Shown: positions 49,551 through 63,046, numbered from the whole stretch's first letter. The stretch: DNA of 63,046 nucleotides, filler included, from Octopus bimaculoides (GCF_001194135.2; 8 parts of 8 records of this genome joined end to end with filler, not necessarily neighbours in it); one strand, 5' to 3'. Made by a program: numbers and translations. The notes: generated from the letters alone by a model not told the origin.

Positions 49551-51079
49551 ATCTTCACACATGGCAAACAGATATCTTAAGCTTGCTTATGTTGACAGTG
49601 TGAGCCGTGGACATTACCGCTGCCATGGAGCTGCTTGTGTTATGTTTCTGCTTGACTGCATAAATAAAGAATAAAGCAAATTCAGCAACATTCAACAATA
49701 TTTGTGGATAGAAATGATTTACTGTGTTGGTTTCAGCATTAGCTATCTAGAAAAGAAAAATATAAATACAATAAATGTCACCCATTGCTGAAGTTGGGAG
49801 AAGATAAGCCCACTGTGTCTTGTAGAAGGTTGGCTGTGGTATGTTGTGACCTGTCTTGGTCTAAAGTTAACTGCAGTCTACTGTGGTATGTCTTGCTTGA
49901 GTGGCCAAAGTAGTCTGTCTTGAGTTAGGTGCCAAACTTTATTTAGGGTAAAAGGGCTGGAATTTTAGAATATTTGAGAAGCCACATCATGCCGCAACTT
50001 CAATCTGATTGGTTGATTTATAAATCAATCACATGAAACTGTAATGGCATACTAATGATTACAAACTGATTATTTCGTGGTTGGGGTTTGAACCCCTACA
50101 CATACATACACAAGTGTGCACTCACTCCTGTCAACACAGGCAGTGACTTTTCATATGCTCACTTTAAAAATAATAATCTTATATTACAAGAAATGCTTTT
50201 GACCATAAGACTGCTCATTGAGGGCTGACATGAGACTAGACAACAACAATAAGAACAAGAACAAACACACACACAGAGGTACAGGCAAAGCAATTGTATA
50301 TGGTCATTGGAAGTGCTAGAAATAGTTGAGAAACTCTTTCAAATCATACCCCGCATAGAATTGAAGCTACACATTAAACGGTATAGTGTTAGATATACGG
50401 AAAGACAGGGTTCTTAAGGCTGGTGTATCTTTGATCATAGATCTGCTTGATCACAGCTGACCTGAGGCTATATAGCAACAATAAATGTTCAAGATCCTGC
50501 TTGTAACAGAGATATTGATACGAATTATGAATGCCATTGTAAGAATAGAATCCTTAAATTCGTCTGTTTTCCCAATTATCTTCATTTTTAGAGCTTCTGT
50601 TATCTGTAACTTTTGCATAACCAACATTATGCACAACTACTGCACAATTTCGTTATTGAAACCATGTATCAAGGGAAACTGATGACATGCTTGCATATTT
50701 CAATGGATTCTCACTTTGTATAGTTTATAATGGCATTTTAACAGCAGGGATTCTATGATCTTCAAATGGATGTTTTCCAGTTGAAAGGCTCTTATGAAGA
50801 CATTTTGTTTCTTCAAAATGTTTAATCAAACATGTTATAGCACTTAAACAGAACCGATTATCAGAAAGACCATGGTTCTTCTTATTAACACACACATCGT
50901 TTCTGTGGCATTGTCATCAATATAATAACACAAACGAGTAATATCCAGCAATGTACACAAATCCACTATACTTCTCACCTTTTGATAAAACAAGCGGTCA
51001 AATAGATGTACTCAGCTTTATCACGGAAGCGTCAGAACCCCTGAAAAGGCAAAGGTCAATTGCTGAACCCAGTATGGGA

Positions 51080-51121
<42 letters not shown>

Positions 51122-51587
51122 TACACACGCACGCACGCATGCGTCCTTATACAGATAGATAAATAAATGGATATATAGATAGATACACAGATAGATAAAT
51201 ACATATATGCATATATATATAAATATATCCATTTAGTGAGGATTGCTGGAAGAAAGTACATTTAATAACAAAGATATTAATGACAATTTTTTGGGGTTGA
51301 GTCAATTTCTTGTTACTTGCTGCCCAGGGATTTTTTTGAATGTTCAAATGTCATCAGGATGGGCCTGATGACACACCTTGTGAATGCACAGGTAAAAGAC
51401 TGACTAGACTAAGTTAAGATGTAAGATACTTGTCTATAAGCCTCTTTCTCTCTCTTTTATACACACACACATGCACATATATTTATATATGTATATATTT
51501 ATGTACACATGTATATATATGTACATATATATATACACACATTAATGTATATATATACATATATATGTATATATATATATATGTATA

Positions 51588-51669
<82 letters not shown>

Positions 51670-51673
51670 TGTT

Positions 51674-51711
<38 letters not shown>

Positions 51712-52004
51712 TATGTTTATATATATATATATGTATGTTAATTACGACAATTATTTTGATGCATCTAGCATCAATCCCTCACAGGTGGGACACACAACAA
51801 CTAGTTCAGTAGCATCCGGCAGTGCAGATGTACCTCATCAGATGATAGATAGACACAACTCATTAAAATAGCAGTTCTGCAATGTAACTTCTTGTTTTTT
51901 GAAAGAAAAGCAGCTAGATGGAGGAAATATCTTCATTTCCATAGAAGATCAAAAATAAAATCACAAATGCAGAAAAGAGAAATGAACATGCATATATTTA
52001 AATG

Positions 52005-52036
<32 letters not shown>

Positions 52037-52475
52037 TGTATGTATGTATGTATGTATGTATGATATATATATAGCCATGGCCGTGTGGTAAGAAGCTGGC
52101 TTCCCAACCACATAGTTCTGGGTTCTGTCCCACTGCATTGTACTTTGGACACGTGTCTTCAACTATAACCTCAGGCCAACCAAAGCCTTGTGAGTGAATT
52201 TGGTTGACAGAAACTGAAAGAAGCCTGTCGTATATGAATATATATATGTGTGTGTGTCTGTGTTTGCCCCCCCCCCCTCATCGCTTAACTGATGCTGGTG
52301 TGTTTACATCCCTGTAACTTAGCTGTTCAGAAAAAAGAGACTGATAGAATAAGTAGTAAACTTACAAAGAATAAGTCCTGGGGTCGATTTGTTCGACTAA
52401 AGGTGGTGCCCCAGCTTGGCCACAGTCAAATGACTGAAACAAGAAAAAGAATAAAACAAAAAGAAACACACACAC

Positions 52476-52519
<44 letters not shown>

Positions 52520-53010
52520 CATCATCATCATCATTTAGCATCCGCTTTCCATGCTGGCATGGTTTCTATGGCTGGATGCTGTCCTTCCTAATGCCAACCA
52601 CTCTGAGACTGTAATGGGTGTCTTTTACACACACACACACACATATATGCCGGCATGGAAGGTGGATGTTAAGAGATGATGATATTGGTATATCTGAGTC
52701 AGTAGTTCAGACATCCAAAAAAGAAGCACAAGGCCATTTAAGTCTGGTGAGTCAGTTATACAGATAAATGCTTTATAGGTTTGAAACTAATGGTCACTCT
52801 TTAATTGGCCATAACAAGCAACCTTCAAAAGGACATGTACATATATATATATATATACATGTACATATATATATATANNNNNNNNNNNNNNNNNNNNNNN
52901 NNNNNNNNNNNNNNNNNNNNNNNNNNNNNNNNNNNNNNNNNNNNNNNNNNNNNNNNNNNNNNNNNNNNNNNNNNNNNNNNNNNNNNNNNNNNNNNNNNNN
53001 NNNNNNNNNT

Positions 53011-54290
53011 ATGAAGTAAGATGCAAGAAATAGAACATATAAAATTTAACACACGAATATATTATTTCAGCCGATAACATACAAATAAATTAAGAATAAT
53101 AAATTTGAGTTAAAATTAAAATAAGAGGCGAGATAACCTCAAGAAGAAGAATACAAAGTACTCTCTTGAATGGTCTATTATGTAAATGTTCATTGTGTAT
53201 TAGGGAATCTCTTGCGATACTCAGGTGTTTTGGACCAAAAACCTTAAATAAGTTCACCGAAGTAATCCCCTTCTGCAACCATAAGTTTTCCTCCACCTTC
53301 TTGAAACTGTATAGAAATAAAAATAAATTTAAAAACAATAGATAATAACAAGTGTAATAGTTTGCGTTAGGGTGATTTGAAACCTCAAAGATTGGATTTG
53401 TTACTGCAGCCTGTTTGACTATTCTAAATTAGCACTTTTTTTTTCTTTTTTTTTTCTTTCCATTATTTGCATAGGCTTGTCTAAGGCTGGTCCATATTGA
53501 CTATATAAATTTGCTCTTATATAAAAATTATTTTTCCCTTTGTACATGTCTTGACATTTGTGTGTAAGTTTACCCTGACGAGGGTGGGGGGTCATCACCA
53601 GTTTGCACTCTATTTTGTTTAGAATACAGTGGTGTACCCCTGAAATGGCCATAGGTGTTGTACATGTTTTTCGTGAAATTGATTTTACCGATTGATCCCT
53701 ACTGGGTGCTGTATTTGTCTTTTGACCCATGTGTTTTGTGAACTTTTGGACATGGTGAGCAGAATAAAATTTTACATGCTTTACCTGCTGATACCTGCTG
53801 GGTGCCTATATTCACTCTTGTATATACCTAACTGATACGGACTTACCTATTGATGTCTACTGTTTTTAAATTATAAAGTATGCCCTAAGGAAGTATAGAA
53901 CGTTATATTTTAACTCTAAANNNNNNNNNNNNNNNNNNNNNNNNNNNNNNNNNNNNNNNNNNNNNNNNNNNNNNNNNNNNNNNNNNNNNNNNNNNNNNNN
54001 NNNNNNNNNNNNNNNGTCATTGATTTTTAACCGATGGACACTTTATTGTACCTCATTTCTTTATTTTATTTTATTTTATATCGATTTATATTATATATTT
54101 AAAATTTTTAATCGTATTAATTTTAACTTCAACTTGATTCGGAACTTCTATGAAATGATATATATGTGTATTGTGTTATACCTTTAACTCAAATTTATTA
54201 TTCTTAATCTATTTGTATGTTATCGGTTGAAATAATATATTTGTGTATAAAATTTTATATTATATGTTCTATTTCTTGCATCTTACTTCT
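53011..54290 (-). mobile_element. Decayed Penelope-like element 3' region with inverted terminal copy
   Basis: 53011-53118 is the reverse complement of 54183-54290. The interval has weak GIY-YIG-like remnants (HCILNKIECK..FYI.., GGGKLMV..). Confidence 0.45.
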
Positions 54291-54609
54291 TATATATTTC
54301 TTATTCTTTTATTTATTTTATTTTATTACTTTATCTTTCTTACATTATTCTTATCTTTTTATTCCTTATGTTTGACGGATTATGTTTGATGGATACACAC
54401 ACACACACACACGTTTTGCTAACAACTTGCACATGCAAGTGATACCTGTCAAAAGCTCCTCGTACTAGAAGTCAGTAAGTGTATGGGGGCATTAGGAGAG
54501 AATGCGTCCCATTTCGGGGCCTACCTCTCAAAGACATCATTGTGCACCAGCCACCCCTTACTGATATGAGGCCCCGCTTGCTAGATCGACTAGTTATCAA
54601 ATAAAGCTC

Positions 54610-54845
54610 AAAATTCTTCTGGCCATCGCTCATCGTCTATTTTAAACCAAATCCAGTGGCTAGCCTTTTCCACTGTGGTTTGGATATCGGTCATGGTGGT
54701 CTTTATTTTACGATGTGTTAGGCCTAACGATAACAACTGTCATCTCACACTGTGTCCAACAAATCCTCTACATCTCACTTCTATTGGAAAAGGCTCTGCT
54801 TTCCAGCCTTTAAATGGCCATATCCAAACAACCTTCTAAATACAT
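54610..54845 (-). mobile_element. Non-LTR retrotransposon fragment with restriction-like endonuclease (Hero/NeSL/R4-type C-terminus)
   Basis: Frameshifted translation GWKAEPFPIEVRCRGFVGHS...LGL...TTVEKASHWIW matches the REL consensus GW..P.EVGCRGF...AE..S.W.W. Confidence 0.65.
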
Positions 54846-55299
54846 GTACATGTATGTATGTATGTATGTATGTATATATATAAATAAATAAGGATAAGAT
54901 CATTATTTTAAACAGCGATGAAATCTAGTGGCAGCATGGGAAGAAAGAAACCTTATAGGTTATAATGATTATTAGAATTATAAACAAGAGTATCTAAGAG
55001 ATAGCAACATGCTTGAAATAGCAGTCAAAACCGGACTCTAAAACCACATCAAGTATTCAATACAGCACAGGGTGAAAAGGTATCTCCTAGATACCTTTGT
55101 TTATAATTTTAATACAAATAAATATATATATATATATATATANNNNNNNNNNNNNNNNNNNNNNNNNNNNNNNNNNNNNNNNNNNNTTAATTAATTAANN
55201 NNNNNNNNNNNNNNNNNNNNNNNNNNNNNNNNNNNNNNNNNNTATATATATGCATATATATATATGTATATGTATATGTACATATACATATACATATAT

Positions 55300-56655
55300 C
55301 ATCATCATGCTGTCATGGTTTGGACGGTTGGACTGAAAACTGTCGAGCCAGAGGGCTGCACCAGGCTCCAAACTGATCAGGCAAAGTTTGTACAGCAGGA
55401 TGTCCTTCCTAATGCCAGCCACTCCGAGAGTGTAGTAGGTGCTCTTACGTGCCACCGGCACGAGGGCCAGTGAGGTGGTTCTGACAACGACCACGCTGAA
55501 AAGGTGTTTTTTACGTGCTACCTGCACGGAAGCTAGTCAGGCGGCACTGGCAACGAACATGCTCGAATGTTGTTTTCTCACGTTCCACTGACACATGTGC
55601 CAGTAAGGAGACTCTGCAAACGATCATGCTCGAACGTGCCACCGGCATGGGACCCAGCCAGCGGCCCTGGTAACAATCACACTCGGATGGTGCTTTTAAC
55701 GTTCCACTAGCACAAGTACCAATCAGGCGACACTGTCATCGGCCACATCAGCGATTTTGATTGTGATCTCATTTGTCTCAACAGCTCTTCTCAAACAAAA
55801 TTTATTGTCCAATGAATGAGGCATATTCATAAGTGGGCTGGTTACACCCACTGGCATAAACCACGAGTTATGGCCTCACTTGGCTTGTCGGGTCTTCTCA
55901 AGCACAGCATATCTCCAAAGGTCTCGGTCACTAGTCATTGCCTCAGAAAGGCCCCATGATTGAAGATCGTGCTTCAGCACCTCATTCCAGGTCTTCTTGG
56001 ATCTCCCTCTTCCACAAGTTCTCTTGACTGCTAGGGGACACTTTTTCACACAGCTGTTCTCATTCATTTGCAACACATGTCCATACCAGCGCAGTCGTCT
56101 CTCTTGCACATCACATCTGATGCTTCTAAAATCAAACTTTTCTCTCAGGGCGCTTACTTCTGTCGTGTATGCACACTGACATTACACATCCAGCGGAGCA
56201 TACTGGCTTCGTTCCTTGCAAGCTTACGCATGTCCTCAGCAATCACGGCCCATGTTTCACTGCCATGTAGCATGGCTGTTCGTATACCTGCGTCGTACAG
56301 TCTACCTTTTACTCTGAGTGAAAGACCCTTTTTCACCAGCAGAGGTAGGAACTCTCGGAACTTTGCCTAGGCTATTCTTATTCTAGCAGCTACACTTTCA
56401 GAGCATCCACCTCAGCTACTGACTTGGTCCCCTAGGTAACGGAAGCTATCAACTACTTCTAGTTTTTCTCCCTGGAATGTGGCAGAAATTGTTCTCTACA
56501 CATTTTCAGTGTTTATAGCACCTGAGCATTTGCCACATACCAAAAACTATCTTCCCAATTAGCTTTCCTTTGATATTGCTGCACCTCTTATGTGTCCATA
56601 GCTTACATTGGGTACATCTTATAGAGTTTCTACCTATGCCTTTTCTACCTACCAG
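55300..56655 (-). mobile_element. RTE-X-like LINE, 5'-truncated: late RT/thumb, C-terminus and 3' UTR
   Basis: RKGIGRNSIRCTQCKLWTHKRCS..CGKC, KLEVVDSFRYLGD, LSLRVKGRLYDA.IRTAMLHGSETW, RRLRWYGHV..CVKKC, GRGRSKKTWNEV; (GAT)n tail at about 55300. Confidence 0.85.
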
Positions 56656-56673
56656 TGTGGTAGGTAGCTATTC

Positions 56674-57660
56674 CAAGTATTGAATCATCATTTTGTACTG
56701 TTGCATCATCTTTAGGAATGAAAATCGGCCAGCATAGTTGTTGTTGAAGTTGAGAGAATGTAAAACATATTGTAAAACTGGTATTTTTATTTTCAAGAAA
56801 TTTTTTCTTCAACTTCCACTCAATTGTAATTGAGATTATTAATAAAATTTCAAGATAATTTTTGCTGTTTAATAGTCAATATTCTTTTCTCTGTTGGATT
56901 CCAAATCAATTTTTTCCCACACTATTGTCTGATTTGATCATTTTTAAGTTTCAAAATACGATATTTAAAATGGGGTAAAATCAGTAACGACTAATTTCAA
57001 TAACTTTTCTTTTTAACATGAGGATGGCACTCCGTCGCTTATGACGTCGAAGGTTCCTGTTGATCCGATCGACGGAACAGCCTACTCGTGAAATTAACGT
57101 GCAAGTGGNNNNNNNNNNNNNNNNNNNNNNNNNNNNNNNNNNNNNNNNNNNNNNNNNNNNNNNNNNNNNNNNNNNNNNNNNNNNNNNNNNNNNNNNNNNN
57201 NNNNNNNNNNNNNNNNNNNNNNNNNNNNNNNNNNNNNNNNNNNNNNNNNNNNNNNNNNNNNNNNNNNNNNNNNNNNNNNNNNNNNNNNNNNNNNNNNNNN
57301 NNNNNNNNNNNNNNNNNNNNNNNNNNNNNNNNNNNNNNNNNNNNNNNNNNNNNNNNNNNNNNNNCCCGGTCTGGGAATCGAAACCGCGATCCTATGACCG
57401 CGAGTCCGCTGCCCTAACCACTGGGCCATTGCGCCTCCACTCTTTTTCAACATATTGATTGTTAAACAGCAAAAATTATCCCGAAATTTTATTAACAACC
57501 TCAATTACAATTGAGTCAAAGTTGAAGAAAAAGTTTCTTGAAAATAAAAGTACCAGTTTTACACTATGTTTTACACTCTCTCAACTCCAACAACAACTAT
57601 GCTGACCGATTTTCATTCCTAAAGATGATGCAACAGTACAAAATGATGATTCAATACTTG
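56674..57660. mobile_element. MITE with ~210-bp TIRs, containing a SINE insertion (57020-57440, minus)
   Basis: 56674-56885 is the reverse complement of 57450-57660 (caagtattgaatcatcattttgtactg... / ...cagtacaaaatgatgattcaatacttg). Confidence 0.8.
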
Positions 57661-58748
57661 CAATGTAATGATTTCAAACAGGTAGGGAGAAAATAACGAG
57701 AAAACAGAAATGATTCATTTTACCCCAGTTACTAATTTTATCTCCCACCCAATACATATATGTCTAGGGATGGATATTGATGTGTATGAGTCTGTTTTCT
57801 GGAGAAATGAAGCGGCAAATTTACATTATCTTGTGTTACTTGATATATTTACATGATGCGTAAATATATCGGGAAGGGAGCCGCTCTAAGAGAATATTTT
57901 ATGCTGAATTTTTTTCATTTTATTTAGTTGAGTTTCGTTAATTTCATATAATGTGACATTTTTCCATGACCCTCTTTCATTTGACCTGGATATTTTAAAA
58001 GTTTTTCTGCATTTCTAATCCTCCTGATGTCTAAGGATAGATATTGATATGAACGAGTCTGTTTACAAATGTAATTCTAGAGAAATGAAGAGGCAATTTT
58101 TACCATATCTTTGTTGAGTTATTTTGCCTTATCTAAATTTGTCTTTCATATTCACATAGAGAACGGTGATAATTTTCTGAAATAGTGTTCAGATTATGTT
58201 ATAATGTTTTCAATGCATTTAGAGAAGGTTGCTCAGCTGATATAGTTTTTGTAAAGTAGTGAACATTTGAAAAAAATTTTTTTTTCTCAGAGTCAAAAAT
58301 GCAATAAAAACTCCTCATTGTGCACCCCATATATATAAGTGGATTTGTTACATGCGCGCGCGCACAACATACACGCACACACGACGATCTTCTTTCAGCT
58401 TCCGTCTAGTAAATCAACTCACAAGGCTTTGGTCGGCCCGAAACTATTTGAGAAGACACTTAGCCAAGATGTCACGCAGTGCAACTGGACTCGGAATCAA
58501 ACTTCTTAACCACACAATCACGCCTGTGGCATATACATACATACATACATACATACATACATACATACATACAGATCAGGAGTGGCTGCGTGGTAAGTAG
58601 CTTGCTTACCAACCACATGGTTTCGGGTTCAGTCCCACTGCGTGGCACCTTGGGCAAGTGTCTTCTACTATAGTCTCGGGCCGACCAACGCCTTGTGAGT
58701 GGGTTTGGTAGACGGAAACTGAAAGAAGCCCGTCGTATATATGTATGC

Positions 58749-58809
<61 letters not shown>

Positions 58810-59530
58810 CGTGTGTATATGTTTGTGTCTGTGTTTGTCTCCCCCAACATCGCTTGACAACCGATGCTGGTGCGTTTAGGTCCCCGTAACTTAGCGGTTC
58901 GGCAAAAGAGACCGATAGAATAAGTACTAGGCTTACAANNNNNNNNNNNNNNNNNNNNNNNNNNNNNNNNNNNNNNNNNNNNTTAATTAATTAANNNNNN
59001 NNNNNNNNNNNNNNNNNNNNNNNNNNNNNNNNNNNNNNTATATATATATATACATAAATACATACACACACACAAAGATACAACTGCACGTACATATACA
59101 TGACCGTACGCACGCACACACACACACACATATATACGCAGCCAATTAAAGAACAGTATGCATCCGCACCCAGACGCACTCAGGCACAGACACACACTAA
59201 ACACACATCACAGTAGCAAGGCGCGCGCGGCGTATATCAGCAGATTTTATGGCCAAACGAATATGCGTAAATAATGGACGCCGCGAAGAGAGTACTTTAA
59301 ATACACGCGTTTGCATTAGGAAGACAAATGTGTTTATAGTATGTACACTCGACGACACACTAGATTATACACAGACACACACACGCACACACACACACAC
59401 ACAGGAACACACACATACACACACACAGGAACACACATATCACGGATATTAATATATAGAGTGGAAAAGAAAGAGAGGGGGAGGTAGAACTATGCGTTAT
59501 TGAGATGTATGTTACTGTATGTGCATGTAG

Positions 59531-59646
<116 letters not shown>

Positions 59647-59776
59647 ATATATATGTGTGTGTAGTTATATATGTGCATATATACATATACGTATATGTAT
59701 ATATGTGCATATATGTATATATATATATTATATATATTTGCATATATGTGCGTGTATGAGTATACATATATATGCT

Positions 59777-59815
<39 letters not shown>

Positions 59816-60084
59816 GTGTGTGTGTGTGTGTGTGTGTGTACTTGTATACGTATATAATGTGAATATTCGCGTTTATAAAGATGGAGGGACAGAAAGTGAT
59901 GCCGCGCCGGAATGACTGTGCTAAATCGACATTCAAGTGGAGGCTCACGGATAGCGACGATCAACGACGAATATGATTGGGTGTCGACGAACATTGGTGA
60001 GCAGCGATCGCGGCCTCGGACCTGGTGGTGAGTTCATCATATCGTGTTTACCGCTGCAGTGACGCTTCGAATTTGAATGAATGA

Positions 60085-60100
60085 TAGAAGGAAGGAAGGA

Positions 60101-60140
<40 letters not shown>

Positions 60141-60345
60141 AATGGAAGTAAAGAATAACACAAAGTAAGGAAGGAAGGAAGGAAGAAAGAAAGAAAGGAA
60201 GAAAGGGAATAAGAAAGAAAGAAATAACGAAAGAAAGAAAGTAACAAACAAACGAACAAAGAACGAAAGAAAGAAATGAAAGTCGGTTACAGAAAAAAGA
60301 ACGAAAACGTTGAAAAAAAGAAAGAAATTACGAAAGAAATTCAAA
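60085..60345 (+). repeat. (GAAA)n / (GGAA)n degenerate tetranucleotide tract
   Basis: Direct reading. Confidence 0.9.
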
Positions 60346-61492
60346 AGTGAAAATAAAAAATAAATACGTCAAAAGGAAAAACAAAAANNNNNNNNNNNNN
60401 NNNNNNNNNNNNNNNNNNNNNNNNNNNNNNNTTAATTAATTAANNNNNNNNNNNNNNNNNNNNNNNNNNNNNNNNNNNNNNNNNNNNATATATATGTATA
60501 CATATATATGTATACATATATATACATACACACACATATATAAATACGTATGTATATACGTACGTATATATGCTTGTATGTATGTATGTATGTATGTAAG
60601 CGTTAAGTGTGTTCATCTATTCAGGCACTGTGAATAAACAAAATTCAATTATTTTTCCTTAAATAAATACGTTGGTATGGATGTTTGTATTTCTTGTATA
60701 TGTGTATATATATATATATATATGTGTGTGTGTATGTATGTATGTATGTATGTATGTGTGTGCATATGTATATGTGTATATATATGTATGTATAAGTATA
60801 TAATATATATGTATAATATATGAAATATATATTTATGCATATATATATGTATATGTGTGTATATATATATATAATATACATTCAATATATGTATATATAT
60901 ATATATATATATATACGTATATATACATATATAATATATGCATTCAATATATGTATATGTATGCATATATATTATATATATATATTATACACATACATAT
61001 GTGTGTGGGAGCGTGTGTGTGTGTGTGTGTGTGTGCGTGTGTATGCGTGTGTGTATGTGCTCGTGTGTGTGTGATACGAATGCATGCAGGTATTAAAAAC
61101 GCCAATGGAAGATGGTCAGATACAGTTTTATACAATTGTTACAAAAATATAACTTTGTGGGCCCAAAAAGGCAAAGTTTCTGGGGTTTTGTTGAATCAAC
61201 AGGTGGGTTTTTTTTTTGCTAGAAAAGCATTACAAGCGACATGGTATAAAAATATATTTCAAAAATATATCTATCAGTATACAAATGTATCAATATATAC
61301 ATCTATAAATATATATAAATATAAACATAGGTAAATATATACATCTATAAATATCGAATGCTTCTTTGTAAAGAGGCATAAAAACATCAAAATGAATGCG
61401 TGATATACGTAAATGAATTGAAATATATATTTTGGGGCAGAAATATATAAAATAAAAATAAAAATATGATGCACATACTATACNNNNNNNNN

Positions 61493-61826
61493 NATATATA
61501 ATATAATATGTATTACATATATATATTATATTATATATATATAATATGTATTACATATATATATTATATTATATATATATAATATATATTACATATATAT
61601 ATATTATATATATATAATATATAATATATATTACATATATATATTATATTATATATATATAATATATAATATGTATTACATATATATATTATATTCTATA
61701 TATATAATATATATTACATATATATATATTATATTATATATATATAATATATGTTACATATATATATATATTATATTATATTATATTATATTATATATAT
61801 ATAATATATATTACATATATATATAT
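61493..61826 (+). repeat. Complex AT-only minisatellite built on atatataatat(g/a)tattacatatatatattatatt
   Basis: Direct reading. Confidence 0.85.
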
Positions 61827-62337
61827 NNNNNNNNNNNNNNNNNNNNNNNNNNNNNNNNNNNNNNNNNNNNTTAATTAATTAANNNNNNNNNNNNNNNNNN
61901 NNNNNNNNNNNNNNNNNNNNNNNNNNTGTATCAACAAACAGTTTGTTTGATGTGCTGAGATATTGTTTCTCTACAACGGTCCGACAAAATATAACGATAG
62001 AACAAGTACCAAGCTTTAAAAAATAAGTATTGGAATCGATTTTGTTCGACTAAACCGTTCAAGGTGGTGCCCCAGCATGGCCGAAGTTTAATGTCTGAAA
62101 GAATTTAAGATTTAAAAAATGAAGATATATATGTTATACGTATATTCCTTACATCTTCTTTGCTTTCCGATTTTAATTTTTAAATCCTAATCCGACTCTG
62201 ATTAATCTAGTATTATCTCCCTTAAAACAACTGGGCCACCAGGGTGCACCACGTGTTTGAATAATAGGTTCAAGTACTGAAATCGAAATTCTTTATAAAA
62301 TATCTAAAAGACCGCTCTAAGACACAAAAGTAAAATA

Positions 62338-62405
62338 GCTGCCACACGGGATTCGAACCGCATTTCTATTCCCTACAGTTCGACATGCTACCGATTCATC
62401 ACATC
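62338..62405 (-). pseudogene. tRNA-derived remnant (SINE head or tRNA pseudogene)
   Basis: Minus strand has an A-box-like tgaatcggtagca and a perfect B box ggttcgaatccc; no intact cloverleaf. Confidence 0.4.
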
Positions 62406-62594
62406 AAAAACTTAAGATGTTAGATGAAAGATTGTGTCAGTTTCTTTAGGGAGATGTTGATATGAGATATTTTGACAGTTTAAATTGGCAGAACATATTT
62501 TGTAGAAGCGGCACATCGATCAATTGGCAAACGACAAAAAAACTTTATAGAAATCTTAACTGCTTACACTAATAAATAATTATACACGTATACA

Positions 62595-62830
<236 letters not shown>

Positions 62831-63046
62831 ATAGATGTATATGTGTGTGTGTGTGTGTATGTACAGAAAGAGTGAGGGACATATATGTATATACATGTAT
62901 ATATGTAAATATATATGGATATATGTGTTTAGTTATGTGTATATGCATTTATGCATATATTTATGTATATATATGTATGCTTATATATATTTATATATCT
63001 ATATTCCTCTGAGCATATATATTTTGGTGTATATATATATATATAT

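Noticed and set aside
50979-51040. In-frame TGA as selenocysteine (GFURFRDK)
   Set aside because: Matches no selenoprotein motif I know, no SECIS was identified, and the frame is unconfirmed.
51345-51400. CTGATGA hairpin (tgtcatcagg/cctgatgaca) as a hammerhead
   Set aside because: No GAAA core after a plausible stem II; it is just a 10-bp palindrome.
62338-62405. Functional tRNA gene
   Set aside because: B box present, but acceptor and anticodon stems do not pair.

Overview
AT-rich, gap-ridden (many N runs) animal genomic DNA dominated by microsatellites and decayed transposable elements. The SINE/LINE families look like those of a cephalopod (octopus-type) genome; this is recognition from memory, not a database result. 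The only convincing host coding sequence is a 1,110-bp exon on the minus strand (13127->12018). It encodes six predicted TM helices with the layout of the gustatory-receptor-like / 7TM ion channel (Gr/Grl/Or, 7tm_7-type) superfamily and ends at a phase-0 GT donor. The TM7 exon(s) could not be found in readable sequence. The rest is TE archaeology: Helitron fragments (PIF1 helicase, Zn-finger, STPR-like repeats, CTAG/hairpin ends), RTE and RTE-X LINEs, Penelope-like RT and GIY-YIG fragments with decayed hammerhead-like motifs, a Hero/REL LINE fragment, a mariner fold-back derivative, two long-TIR MITEs (one carrying TTAGGG repeats) and several tRNA-derived SINE families. SINE copies between about 25.6 and 57 kb show CpG decay that copies to the left lack. 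The decay starts at a promoter-like CpG-rich segment (24.9-25.4 kb), which suggests a methylated gene body whose small exons I could not assign.
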